From Folioceros fuciformis (lineage: Eukaryota), in the NCBI GenBank assembly GCA_049999805.1, contig JBNGIO010006272.1:243643-290479 (forward strand): a stretch of DNA of 46,837 nucleotides, read 5' to 3'. The notes below the pieces were generated by a model, which saw nothing but the letters and a program-made list of their open reading frames with translations, was not told where the DNA came from and made no database searches. Both the position numbers and the translations under genes were made by a program. Below, one piece after another: positions 24,245 through 36,600 of the stretch. The number at the start of each line of letters is the position of its first letter. The first letter of the stretch is position 1.

Positions 24245-24291
24245 GTATCAAAAGCCATCACAATTGTTCATGATTCATGGCTTTGATACCA
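24245..24291 (-). promoter_or_regulatory. Primer-binding site (tRNA-iMet type) with an adjacent complementary anti-PBS forming a hairpin
   Basis: Minus strand reads LTR-TGGTATCAAAGCCAT-(18 nt)-ATGGCTTTTGATAC, giving a 13-bp stem with one bulge. Confidence 0.8.
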
Positions 24292-24498
24292 TGTATAGAA
24301 AAGTACAGCAGGAGAAGAGAGCATAAACAAAAATATTGAAATATACATAAGTTAATAATACAAAGAGTTGTGTAATGTATATAAGCCTATCCTCTAGGCT
24401 AAGCACCCCTTGATTTAATAACCTAAATATAATTAACCGATAGGTTAACGTAAATCAATCTAGGTGAAACCCTAAGCGAGGGAGGTTACCCCGTAACA
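24292..24498 (-). repeat. 5' LTR of the nested Copia
   Basis: Followed directly by the PBS on the minus strand; TGTTA...TACA termini. Confidence 0.97.
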
Positions 24499-24594
24499 TG
24501 CTTTCCTCACGGCCTTGCTGCACCTTTGTGCATCTTGTCCGCAACACCTACAACCATCACCCTCTTGCTCTACAACCTAAGCTCTGATATTAGT

Positions 24595-24880
24595 TGAAGG
24601 ATTGGTAGGAGAGCCACATGATGAAGGAGGAGGGGAGCAACATGATGAAGGAGGAGAGGAGAAAGCAAGGTCTCTCACACTATATTGCAAGGGAGCTTAA
24701 GAGGGCATTTATACCCTCTAGAAGAGCTCCCAAGGAAGCTTCACAAGAAGCTCACAGGAAGCTACGCAAGAAACTTCATAAATATTAGCTTAAGCTAATC
24801 TAGACAAATGATACTTAACTAAATACTAATCTTAGACTAAACACATTAGTCTAAGCACATTGGACTTTAATAACCCTACA
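24595..24880 (-). repeat. 5' LTR of the outer Copia (inverted relative to 13150-13392)
   Basis: The first 56 nt on the minus strand match 13150-13205 at 53/56. It is longer because of internal duplications (CATGATGAAGGAGGAG twice; GAAGCT-type repeats). Confidence 0.92.
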
Positions 24881-25985
24881 CCTTTACCACTCCCTTACAT
24901 GGCATCGATATTTAGCTGTTAATTTAGAACAAGTACTATTTTGATGTGTCTTCTTGAACCACTCACTTCTAACATACGTTGTGGTGGTGAGCAGACGATG
25001 CTACTTCTTTGTTAACATGCTCCGAAGGCTGAACACATGAGGAAACATCTGTTTGTTGCAAGCACTTGCGAGGGGACAGTTGAGCACATCACCAGGACTG
25101 CAGAGGAGCATCCTCATCCCGCTAAGGTCATCTTCTCAAACTAGAGGGGACACCAAGTTGCGCACAACCTCTCCATTCTAACCAAGCAATAGACAGGAGA
25201 ATTCCACAAAGAATGTGGCGGTGGATGACATTCTCGGGTGCAAAAATTGTGTAGTGTATAGTGCTGCAATCTTGCTTGTCGTGTCATGAGAACCAGATTT
25301 ATACATGTGCAGCAGGTTGGACTCAGGCGGTCTTTTGATCGATAGGTGGAATTTGTCTTGAAGGTTTTACAAGAGGTTGCATATGTATCACCCTCTAATT
25401 TCAACAACCAAGGCTGCTGCAAAGGTTTGTTGAATTTGAGTTTGGCAATCATACAACTTCCGAAGCAGAGGTATTAGGTCTGGATTTCTTACCACAATAT
25501 TGATCACTTAATCTTCATCGTGAGCGGATCAATGCTGTCTCAAAATGGTCCCCGGTGGATTTAACTGGTTTTGTGGTTCAAGTAATATGCTAACCGTTAA
25601 CTATGGGGGCCTTCCCTTCCCCGCATAACACTTGAAGCTAGTGAAAGAAGGAATGAGAATGGCAGAAAGAGTGGAGTCTTGGCCAACTCGGTTCAGTGTG
25701 AAGTAATACCCACATGTGAGGCTTAGGATTACATAGTTCCTCTTCCACAATTGGTAGAAATCATAGGGGTAGATGCTCCTCGTGAAGAGACTTCTTGAGA
25801 AGCTCTCCTCCCTTTTTTTATCATTGCATTTCCTGCACAGGTTAGGGTCGCTTTCCATGTTACCCAAATGCATTTGGATAAATAAGTTTTAGGGCACTTT
25901 CCATGTTCTATAACACCATGTACGTGGCCAAAAAGTGCCCGATTTTAAGGGCACTCACCGGTACGAAATGTTGCTCCCGGTGGTG

Positions 25986-26051
25986 CACCTTAGAACTAGT
26001 TCTTAAACAATGTGGCTACACCTTAGAACTAATTCTTAAACAATGTGGCTA
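25986..26051. repeat. 33-bp tandem duplication
   Basis: CACCTTAGAACTAGTTCTTAAACAATGTGGCTA twice, with 1 mismatch. Confidence 0.9.
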
Positions 26052-26651
26052 CTCTACAAAGTGATGGGATGTACCAGTGAAAGGTACTGCCCATAGCCCG
26101 TAAAGGGCCAAATGTTGGCATGAAAAGGGGAAAGGAGGGTTGAGGAGGGCCAAAATTAATTGGGGAATCTTTCCTCCCTCCAAAGCGGACTGTTTTAAGT
26201 AGTTTTGGTTTTGTTTCAGGTTTTGAAAGCGGCGCTTAGTGTCAATATCATACCTCACCCCGTCTAATTCATCGTCTCACCGGTTCCAAAGTGCCAGTCT
26301 AATCCCCTCGAATCTCCACTACGTACATATACTGTTCAGCTTGGTGCACCAGACAAAACGAAACAAGTACTGTAGAGAACAAATTTGATGAAATTTAAGA
26401 TTTCCTGTTGGAAAAACGTAGGAATACTTGAATAACCGCAGAAATGCGCTCCAAGAGCAGTATCTCGACAAGAGAGGTTCAACTATAACTCGGGGGTGAT
26501 CTTCAACGGTAGGCCGTCAAGGAGCGGAAATTTTTGTAGAGATGCTATCGGTTTTGACTGCAGGCCTGGGTATGTTGCTCAGCATTTTGTGCTGTGAGAA
26601 GTGGACATTATCACATCAACGGGGTAGCCACAGCAGGGAAAATAGGGTCGG

Positions 26652-28618
26652 ATGGCAATCGTGATGGGGGCTAGACCGATGGGTTCCATGCACGTCTTCT
26701 GCAGGGTCCCCAGCTGTGATGGCCAGCTGCGGAAGGAGGCAGGTTTCAGCTCTCGTCGGTCGGGCTATCTTGCTGCAGCTCCGTTTCGGGTGAATTCTTG
26801 TTCCTCGAAAACGACACTGTTCCTAGGTTCTTCAAAAGTGCAAAATTTCTCCACGGATGAGCTGCCTCACAAGGTGCTCTTGCAGGCCTCTGTGGCCAAG
26901 GTACAAACCTCTCTCTGTGTTTCAGTCATCGTGGATATTGTCACGATTTGTGTGGAGGGGTTGACGGTAGTTGGCTGCTGTTTGACATGCAGACACTGGC
27001 AGGACAAGTTGATGGGGGATCCGTGGAACAGCTGGAGGTCAGAGCTGTAGAAGCATGTTCTCTTGTAGAGGAGGATAGCAGCGACGGTGTTCAGGTCGTG
27101 CCTGTGGTCGCGGCACCCAAAAGGAGGCTAAGAAAGTTGTTCAGGCAGAACAATGAGCTGTTGGGGTTTCCCCCAGAAATCCTCAGTGCCAATATTGCTT
27201 TTCTGGAGTCCATTGGAGTCCAGGAGAAACACATATTGTCTCTCATGGGAAAATGTCCTGCAGTGCTTGTTGTGAACTTTGAGGAAGTGCTGGGGCCATT
27301 GGTAAACCGTGTTCAGCAGCTTGGTGTGGACAAGAAGTTTATCGGTGGCTTGTTGAAATATAACCCCACCCGGGTGGTGCGTATTGCTGATTCAAATGTT
27401 ACTGCCAACATAGAGTTTCTCAGCGGTTTAGGGATTGCTGCTGGTCAGATTGCCAGAGTCGTGCGCGGCAATCCACAGGTCCTGGTCATGGATGTTGTAT
27501 CAGATTTCCAGCCATCGGTTGACTTCCTTTACGGTCTGGGCTTGGATATTGTGAGTGTACGCAAGGTCATCATTGTCTTCCCGACCGTTCTGGGCCTACG
27601 TGTGGAGCAGAATCTGAAGCCTAAGGTGGAGTACTTGAAGGCCATCGGCGTGGCTCCATCAAATATTGGGAAAGTGATTGTAAGATGCCCCCCGGTTCTT
27701 GGTTTCAGCCTGGACAACCTTTTGTCCAAAGTGGAGTACTTGCAGGGGATCGGAATCTCTTCGAGAACTCTGAAACTGATGGTGGAGCGATGTCCTGCAA
27801 TCTTGGGCTACAGCATCGAAAAGAATATGCAGCCTAAAATCAGGTATCTAGAGAGCGTTGGAGTTGAGCGAAAAAACATAAGCAAGATCCTTGGTGTCTC
27901 GCCGAATCTGCTTGGCTACAGTGTGAAGAAGAATCTGCAACCAAAAATCGAGTATCTGAAGAGCCTTGGAGTGGACCAGAGTGGCCTCAGCAAAATCATC
28001 ACAACGTCGCCAGTGATTTTGAGCTACAGCTTAGACCAAAGATTGAAGCCAACAGTGAAATTCCTTTCAGACATGGGTTTCAGCAATGACAGGCTGGTCA
28101 AGTTAATCATCTCAAGTCCCTCAGTCTTCTCAGTTTCTATCGAGGGAAAATTCTCTGCCACTCTGCAGTTCTTCTCAAGGCTGGGAATCGATGCGCGATC
28201 AAGTGGCATGGTGAGGGCATTCACATCATGCTTCTCAAATTCCATCGTGACTCTGGAGTCTAGACTTCGGTGCCTTTCAAGCTATGGGTTCTCAGACTCT
28301 GACGTTCATGAGATGGTGAATGCCCAGCCTGCGCTCCTAACTCTGAGCGATGAAAACTTGAGACGCAAGATAGAGTTCCTCAAAGAGAGTACGGACTTTT
28401 TCGAGCTCAAGAGATGGAAACTGGCAAGATTTCTGACGTACAGCCTGGAATTTAGAATGAGGCCTCGACATGAGCTGATGTCTTGCATGAAGTCAAGGGG
28501 GGTACTGAAACTGGACTTTCAGTTTACCACCATGTTGGAGCTGTCTGAAAAGCAGTATCAAGACAGATTCGTTATGTGCCATCTTGCAGATGCAGCATTA
28601 GCTAAAGACCCGGGGTGA
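26652..28618 (+). CDS. mTERF-family organellar nucleic-acid-binding protein, 2 exons (26652-26900, 26993-28618)
   Basis: Exon 1 is Ser/Arg-rich, like a transit peptide. The GT-AG intron 26901-26992 is phase 0 and joins the two ORFs. Tandem ~36-aa mTERF repeats (e.g. PAILGYSIEKNMQPKIRYLESVGV) and a terminal FLTYSLEFRMRPRH motif. Confidence 0.92.
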
Positions 28619-28910
28619 TGTTGGAAGCAGCAGTTAAGTCCCTTGGCATTTGGCACGGCAATTTATCTGGATCGACGGTTCCGAATTTTTCACTCTCAAG
28701 AGTTGCTGAGGAGCCGAAATAAATCATTGGTACTAACATTTGACTCACTGTACAGAATTCTTGTGTACTGTTGACTGTATGATGATGTGGCCTGCTATGC
28801 AGTTCCACCGGGGGTAAAACCACAGGGAACATTGATGGCAACTACCTTTCATTTAGGGTGGGTACCTTGAAAGCTCCAGTATTCTCAAAAGCAGCAGCCT
28901 GGTGATCTGA

Positions 28911-31692
28911 TCAGGCGTCTTCTTGGTTATCAATGCTGTGAATTTGTTCCATCTGGGTTTCTTTGGACTTCGATCTAAGATTTACAGTCTCCGGATCCAC
29001 CATGTCCGTGTAGTACATCTGCTCTTGATCCATGGCATCTTGCGGGGACCCCTCGTTGTCCAGGGCCTGAAGGTCCGCTGCCTCTAGCTGCTGCTGCAGA
29101 TGGTAGCGGTCCTTGGCCGACGTGGCGAGCTTGAGAGCCTCCATCTGCTCCTGAGCTCCGGGGAAGGCCTCACAGATGCAGGCAGCAGGGTACTCATGGA
29201 AGCCTCCTTTGCCGGGCCTCAATTCCATGGGCTCTCCCATGAAGCCCTGCTGAGCGGACTGCAGCTTTTTAGCGAAAAGCTCCCAGCTCATAGCGTGTCT
29301 GTCCAAAAAGAGCTGCCCCAACTTCCTGGCGTTGGGCCGGATGGTCCTCTTGTGCCCGAAGAAACGGCGTCTGCCGGCCAGGACCTTGGCCATGTTACCG
29401 TTGTTGTTGGTGACAAACACGTCGCTCCTGTCGCACACTATGTAGTCGATGGCTGCAAGCTGCGATGTATGATCCCCGAACGCCTGCAACTCCTGCTTGC
29501 TGGCCAGGGTGTCCTTGGTCTCCAGGTTGGGGAACATGGCCTTGAGCGGCGCCAGCGTCCTCTCTCCCCCGTACACCTCCCCCGACGCAACGTACAGATG
29601 AGAGTCGCTGTCGAACCCCAGAGCCTTGAGCATGAGCCCCACTTCCAGAGGCGAGAGCGGACATTTGCCGTTCCTCCTCTGCTGTTCCGGGTTCTTCACC
29701 TGCAACAGACGCGGCAGCAGGAATGAGATTGCGTGAAATGACAGCAGACCTCCTTCCAAGTTCAAATCTCATCATCTGGAGCAGGAGGGGGAGGGAGACG
29801 GCGTGGCATGCCATCAGATCTTCTCCTTCTGGGTGAAGAGATTCTTCACGAGCACGACGAGGACCAATGAGATTACATGACATGGAACCAGATCTTCTTG
29901 AAGATTAGATCTGTTTATGTAGGTCAGGGACTTGTGGGACACTCACATGCAGGTTCGCCCACCGCTTCCGAATCTCTCCCAATTCTCGCACCTCGGCATC
30001 ACCTCCTCCGTAATAGCAGCCTGAGAATGCCAGCATGTCCGGTTCAAACCTGTGAACATCTGAACTGTTCAATGCTAGGGCAGGAGCAAGGAAGGGAGCA
30101 GCAGAGCAAAAGCACAGAATACAAATACTGAGTACCTGAGATGGAGAGCGATGTAGGTGCCACTCTTCTGCTTCATCCTGTCCACCAGGCATTGGCCCAA
30201 GGTGGAGATGGACCTGGTAAACTGCAGCGCCTTGTAATTCACTCGGCATCTCAGCTTCTGCAAGTCGGTGTCCAAGCTGTTGGCCAGCCGGAAGTCGAAT
30301 TTTGTCAACCTGATTACCTGGAGGCAGGCACGGGTTCAACCTGAGGTCAGCATGGGTGCTGCTGCCCGCTCCTGTACAGATGTTATCAAAGCCTGTGTCC
30401 GCGTCTGACGCTGACAAGGTAACGTCCCTCGACGGCACCCCCAGCTGTCAGGCATTATGTGTAGAAAAGCTTACTCGTCGTTCTCGTAGTACTGGCAGCA
30501 CCTTGTCCAAGTAGAAAGAAGGCTTGCTCTTTCTGGGAACCCGCATGGAAAAAGCTGGCACATCTGCAGGCGCGCGGTTCACGACCCGCACTTCCCGAGC
30601 CACATTTCTGACGAACCAATCCTCATCGAAGAGGTCTCCAAAATCGCTGCAAATTCGGAACCAGCCTGAGATGAGAAGCCAGTCAACAAAACCAGCACCG
30701 GCACCCGAACCAGAGATCCCAGAATGCAGCGAGAATGGGAACGCAAGCCCTACCTGTCGTCCTTCCAGAACGAGTCGTGATCCAGCCGAGGGATGACCAA
30801 GGTTGCATTCAGGATGCGGGCAACAACCACAGCGTCGGTGATCTGCAGAAAATATGAGAAGGATCAGACCTGAGCTCAGCCAGTGAAGCAAGCCTCCGAA
30901 GCGCTCTGCAGAGAATGGCGAGCAAAGAAAGCAATTAATGCCATACCCCGATCCGCTGCTGATTCAACCCGCCACTGGTCTCGATTACAAGGAAACCATT
31001 GGAATCCGAGGTGGGATCCACCGCTGCCACATAAATCCAAATCAATGGAGTCGGAATTAATCCGCTGCGCCATCCCACCTTAGCAGGTGATGTTGACTCA
31101 CAAATGCAGCTGGGAAGGTAGTGATACTCACGGGAATAACGACTAGACGGATCGCTACAAGCCCCGTAGAATCTGGAGTATTGCGACCGCCATACCCGCT
31201 CCTTCGCCACCACACCTCCCTCCACCTGCTGTGATCACATTTCACAAGCTCCCTCAGCTGCAGAAAAGACGAGGCAAATCAGCAGAGCTTGGCAGCCAAA
31301 TCCTGCTCCTCCAACGTACCGGCAAGCGATGCAGGCCCTTTACCCTGGCCTCCGAGTGGTCGGAATCCGTCTGCGAAACCACCAGGGGAACAAGCCAGTC
31401 AGACATTGCCTGGAGTACAACGCGAGAGGAACGGTGCAGCGTTGTTGGCTGTGCGCGTACGCACCAGCGGCAAGTAGGAGGACTGGGTACGTTGCGGCCA
31501 TAGCGGGCTGGCACCGCGAGTAAAGCTGTCTCTGTCGGGGAGATGGCCGGACAGGGAGAAGACGAAGGCGATGGCCAGCACAGCCGAGGTGATGTAGAAC
31601 AGGGCGGTGAAGGTTGCGGGGGCAGGCAAGCGTCTGGGGCGCGGACGGGCCATCATCTGGCCCAACTTCCATTGCCTACCCTTCCCGCCCAC
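28911..31692 (-). CDS. Plant O-fucosyltransferase-family (GT106-like) type II membrane glycosyltransferase, multi-exon
   Basis: N-terminal TM (FTALFYITSAVLAIAFVFSL); SNGFLVIETSGGLNQQR; DAVVVARILNATLVIP; FGDLFDEDWF; LQKLRCRVNYKALQF; YIALHLR-FEPDMLAFSGC; GKCPLSPLEVGLML; AAIDYIVCDRSDVFVTNNNGNM. Short GT-AG introns; not all exon edges resolved. Confidence 0.92.
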
Positions 31693-33613
31693 CGCATCCT
31701 ATGGTTCCTGACAACCGGCCAATCCAATGCACACCAGAGCAGAGCACACCAATCCAATCCAATCCAATCCCAGCTCAGGCTGAAGAGGAGCCGGGAGATG
31801 GAAGCGGGAGCCCAGCTGATGGGATTGACACCGCCCCTGAGGAATCAGAGACGAGAGTCGCCGTATGAGATGCTACTGTGATTCGCGCCTTCTCGCAGAT
31901 CCGCGCGCTTCTCGGAATCAGCAAAGACCAGTCGGCGGGAGCAGGTTTGCTGGTGGGATGGGATCTCTCTGCCGAGTGTTCGCACGACGCAACGTGCTCT
32001 GCGTCACATACACGGTTCGTGTATGTATGTACATCCATCTAAGGAAGTGGCCGGGCCCAGGGCCCCAGAGACCGAGAACCCGTGACCGGAGCAGCCGGTG
32101 GCCTGCCGGTTGCCTTTCGCGATTCCATTAGGGTTTGGTCATTTGCGGCAGAGAGCGGGCCTCATTCCGACGATCGCTGCTGATGTCTTGGGGCTGGTTG
32201 GCTCTCACGACTGCAGCGGCTTTCTCGCCTTCAGATGGCATCAAGCGCCAGCTGATCAGGGATGAGCTTCTTCCTGCCAACAGCAAGGCTGGTCTGGAAA
32301 TTGTGTGTACGCAGGTGCCTCTGGATGACAACGGCTCACTGTGAGAGCTGGATGCAGGGTCGAAGTGTCGGGGGATACGTGCTAGACAGGACGCTGATGG
32401 AGTATACGGCTCTGATTTCTGGTGAAGGCTTCTTGGTGGTGCTGCTGCCGCTGTTGCTGCCATTGGTACCGCCATGTTAGGTGCTAAGGACGGACTATGG
32501 TCGGTGTTGGGAAGTGAAGGAGCTGGCCATGCAGCAGAATGTGAAGTTCGAAGGGAAATATCACTGATCACGATTCTGGATCAGTCGTAGGGACATTAAC
32601 GAACTGTTGTAACTGACGACCAGGTCAAAATCATTGTACATACATACTTCCAGGTCCTCGGAACCAGACCGGGTGAAATAATGAGAGCTGGGCGGAAAGA
32701 AAGAACTCAACCAGTACAGCACATTCGCGTGTCGGGAAGGAATGAGTAATTTACCACGACTTGATAAGCACCTGCTTTGTATTTCAAACCGCGGTTTGCG
32801 AGTATCCCGCAGAATTACTGACCCAGGTAGGTTCCTCCTCCAGAATTCTGTACCTTCACATTAGCAAGATTCGTATGGATTGAGGAAGAAGGGCCTTCTT
32901 CGGGGGAAAACAGACTCCATGCCATTCTGTGTTGAGAAAAAAGTGGATGTGGTTTGCTACATCCCGTGGAACCTCCCAATCCGCACTCTTACCGGCAAGT
33001 TTGCCGCGAGCAAAGGCACAAAGTTTCCTACGAGCTTGACCATGGGGTCAGAAGATGACGTTCCTATGAATTCTCAAGCTCGCCTCTGGACTTGAGATTC
33101 TATTTGTAAGGAGATGTGTTGCGAACTTCGATTAGCTTGGCCTTTCGAATTCTGGAAGGCGTGCTAAGCATCAAAGTAAAGCATGATGTGGGTCCAAGTC
33201 CTGATGTCATGCCGGTATAACATTGGGTGCAGACCATATACAGTACGGTACTGTCTGCATGTACCCCGTTACCTGCGTTAGGAGAGCATCTTCGCACAAG
33301 CAAGTCTTGCACTGTCACAACTTGACCATGAGGACAGTTGGAGGTTCGAGGTCCATGCTCCTTGCAAGTTTGATCGCATGGTATACCACACGCGTGTCTT
33401 ATGGCGGAGGACCCTTTTCGCGGAAATGATCAGCCCATGTTGCGCATTCAAGTTGTTGCCCAAGGAATGCAGGTGTGCACGTGGAGGGAAAGAGAAGCTC
33501 AGCTCGGCTGGCCGACTGATATTATTAGTGTAGGAGTGCTACCAGGTGGTGCAGGATATGACTTGTGTGATTTGGGTTTTTGGAAGAGCATGACACGAGG
33601 CTGAGCGCGCTCC

Positions 33614-36600
33614 ATGGATGTCTGGAGCGTTGCTGTTGAGTCGCGCAAATGGCATCGGGACCAGTTGTGGGGGAAGTTTCCGTGGACCCAACAAATCGGG
33701 AGAGCGCTAGCAGATGTTCCAGGAAGAGCGCTAACAGATGTTCCAGGAAGAGCTCCCGCGGACCTGATCTCCAGGAACCAACCGTTGCCACACAAACAAG
33801 CCTCCAGGTGCGGCACCTCTGCGAGACAACCAGCCCGTGCATTGGGATATGCAGCAGGGGACGGAGCTTTCTGCAAGAGCAGTGGTCAGGAGCCCTTGCT
33901 GGTGTCCACACTTGGTGTGGATACCGGGGAAGAGATGGGTCGTCGTGCTTGGGAAGCGACCTGGAGCTTGTCGCACGATGCTGACCCTCTTGGGACCGCA
34001 ACAGATGACAGGGGCGTGACCGACGAAACCGTGAGTAAGCTGTGTCACGAGGGCCATGTTACTGAGGCTGTTGAGGCTCTAGGAGTTCTGGTGCAGACAG
34101 GTCGTCGTGTTTCAAAATCTCTCTTGTATGCTGTGCTGAGGCAATGTGTTCACAAGAAGGAGGTTGTTCTTGGTCGCCGGGTTCATGCTTTCACGGTGAT
34201 AAAGGGTTTCCAAGCGGATACGTTCTTGTGCAATCACATCCTTCGGATGTATGCTTCTCATGGCAGGCTGCAAGAAGCGATGGATGTGTTCACCGTGGTT
34301 GCTGAGCCAGATACTTTCATGTGGGCTTCCATAATTTCTGCGCATGCTAAACATGGACAGAGCAAGCAGGCCATACAACTCTATCATCGGATGCGCGCGT
34401 CAAGTTTGAAGCCAGATGGCCATGTGTTTGTAGCAGTCCTTCAAGCTTGCGCAAGGGTATCAGACTTGAAAACTGGGCAGCAGGTGCATGCAGATGTGCT
34501 GGACCGCGCAGTCGAGCCTCACTTATTTGTCAGCAATTGTTTGGTGGACATGTATGCCAAGTGTGGTAGCTTGGAAGACGCTCAGAACGTGTTTGATGCA
34601 CTTGGTCAGAAGGATGTGGCAACTTGGACTGCTCTGATTTCAGGGTATTCGAAGAGGGGCATGGGCCATGAAGCCCTTATTCTCTACAGTGCTATGCAGG
34701 AGGAAGACATTGCTGTACCCAATGCCATGACCTTTGTTTGCCTGTTGCAGTCATGTGCGAGTGTGGGCAACCACGCGTTGCCGAAGGGGAAACAGCTTCA
34801 CTTGCAGATTACAGAGGGAGGACTCGGAGGTGATGTGTTTATAGCCACCAGCTTGGTGAACATGTATGCTAAGTGCGGCAGCTTGGAAGACGCTCAGCAA
34901 GTTTTCAATGGACTCGATCAAAAAGATGTAGTGACATGGACTGCCATGATAGCAGGGTATTCCCAGCAGGGAATGGGCCAGGAAGCCCTTCGTCTTTACA
35001 GTGATATGCAAGAAGAAGGCATTGCTGTACCTAATTCCGTGACATTTGTGTGCCTCCTGAAGGCATGTGCAAGTGTGGGAATCCTGGCACTGGAGAAGGG
35101 GAAGCAGCTTCACGCGCAAATTATAAAGGGAGGGCACCAAGATGATGTGTTTGTAGCCAACAGTTTAGTTAATATGTATGCAAAGTGTGGCAGTTTAGAA
35201 GATGCTCACACAGTGTTTGATGGACTTGGTCAGAAAGATGTAGTCACATGGAATGCTATGATATCAGGATATTCCCAGCAGGGCAGAGGCCAGGAAGCTC
35301 TTCTCATTTACAGTGCTATGCAAGAGGAAGGCATTATTGTACCTGATTCCGTGACACTTGTGTGCCTCTTGCAGGCATGTGCAAGTGTGGGCCCCCCCGC
35401 GTTGGAGAAGGGAAGGCAGCTTCATTTGCAGGTCAGACAACTAGTCGATCAAGCTGATGTGTTTGTAGCCAGCAGTTTGGTGAACATGNNNNNNNNNNNN
35501 NNNNNNNNNNNNNNNNNNNNNNNNNNNNNNNNNNNNNNNNNNNNNNNNNNNNNNNNNNNNNNNNNNNNNNNNNNNNNNNNNNNNNNNNTGGACTGCCATG
35601 ATAGCAGGGTACGCTCAGCAGGGGATGGGGGAGGAAGCCCTTGCCCTATACAGTGGTATGCAAGACTGTGGTATAGCTGTCCCTAATTCTGTGACATATG
35701 TATGCCTCCTGCAGGCGTGTGCTAGTGCGGGTCCTTCGGCTTTGGAAAAGGGGAAACAGCTTCATTCGCATATCAGAGGAGGAGGACATGACGTGGATGT
35801 GTTTGTAGGCAACAGTTTGGTGAACATGTATGCAAAGTGTGGCAGCTTGGAAGAGGCCCGCAGAGTGTTTGATGGACTTGGTGAGAAGGATGTCGTGACT
35901 TGGAATGCCATGATAGCAGGATATTCCCAGCAGGGCATGGGCCAAGAAGCCCTTCGTCTGTACAGGTCTATGCAAGAAGAAGGCATGGCTGTACCCGATG
36001 CTGTGACATTGGTGTGCCTCTTCCAGGCATGCGCAAGTGTAGGCACGCCTGCGTTGGAGGAGGGGAAGCAGATTCATGCACAAGTTAGGGAACATGGACA
36101 TAAAACTGATGCCATGGTAGCCAACAGCTTAGTGAACATGTTTGCAAAATGTGGCAGCCTGCAAGAGGCTCAGCTTGTGTTTGACGGACTCGGTCAGAAA
36201 GATGTGGCTACATGGAATGCTATGATATCGGGATATTCCCAGCAAGGCAAGGGCCATGACGCCCTTCGTGTTTATCGTGCTATGCTAGAAGAAGGCATCG
36301 CCGTACCTGATTCTGTGACATATGTGTCCCTCCTGCAGGCATGTGCAAGCGTAGGTAACTCCGCGTTGGAGGAGGGAAAGGAACTGCATAAACAGATAAG
36401 AGAAGGAGGACATGAAGCTAACGTGTTCGTAGCCAGTAGTTTGATAAACATGTATGCGAAGTGTGGCAGTTTGGAAGACGCTCAGAGAGTGTTTGACGGC
36501 CTCCTTGGTGAGAAAAATGTGGTGACATGGACTGCCATGATAGCAGGGTACTCCCAGCAGGGCATGGGGCACAAGGCTCTTCGTCTGTACAGCGCCATGC

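Larger units (their letters stand above)
17788..24498 (-). mobile_element. Nested, structurally complete Ty1/Copia retrotransposon (6.7 kb)
   Basis: 207-bp LTRs at 17788-17994 and 24292-24498 (4 differences); 5-bp TSD TGCTT at 17783-17787 and 24499-24503; PBS TGGTATCAAAGCC at 24279-24291; PPT AAGGGAGGG next to 17995; Copia domain order gag-PR-IN-RT-RH. Confidence 0.97.
13646..24880 (-). mobile_element. Outer Tnt1/Tork-like Ty1/Copia retrotransposon, decayed, 3'-truncated before RNase H and interrupted by a nested element
   Basis: 5' LTR 24595-24880 (TGTAGGG...TTCA on the minus strand); mutated PBS TAATATCAGAGC at 24581-24592; gag from 17113 (MMTSSEN...FLFWKEQV). Motifs: CCHC CYHCHKKGHIRRDC, protease WIIDSRASFH, WHCWLGH, ELVHSDVCGP, CLRTGNGGEY, RT QMDVKSSFLHG / SLYGLKQAPREW / LNVDDML. 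The coding region breaks off near 13646; many stops and frameshifts. Confidence 0.9.

Noticed and set aside
13145..24885. The outer structure as one normal LTR element, or as a DIRS/TIR element
   Set aside because: The LTRs are inverted, both are followed by a PBS, the flanks share no TSD, and the internal domains are ordinary Copia with no tyrosine recombinase or transposase.
24881..25980. Short ORFs right of the outer LTR
   Set aside because: No recognisable domain or coherent exon structure.
32000..33600. GC-rich region with short ORFs, including a YTALISG peptide resembling a PPR motif
   Set aside because: There is only a single short match, with no flanking motif periodicity.
35489..35686. 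Two separate PPR genes or a frameshift at the gap
   Set aside because: The gap is a 100-N placeholder inside an S motif, and the motif order continues correctly across it.
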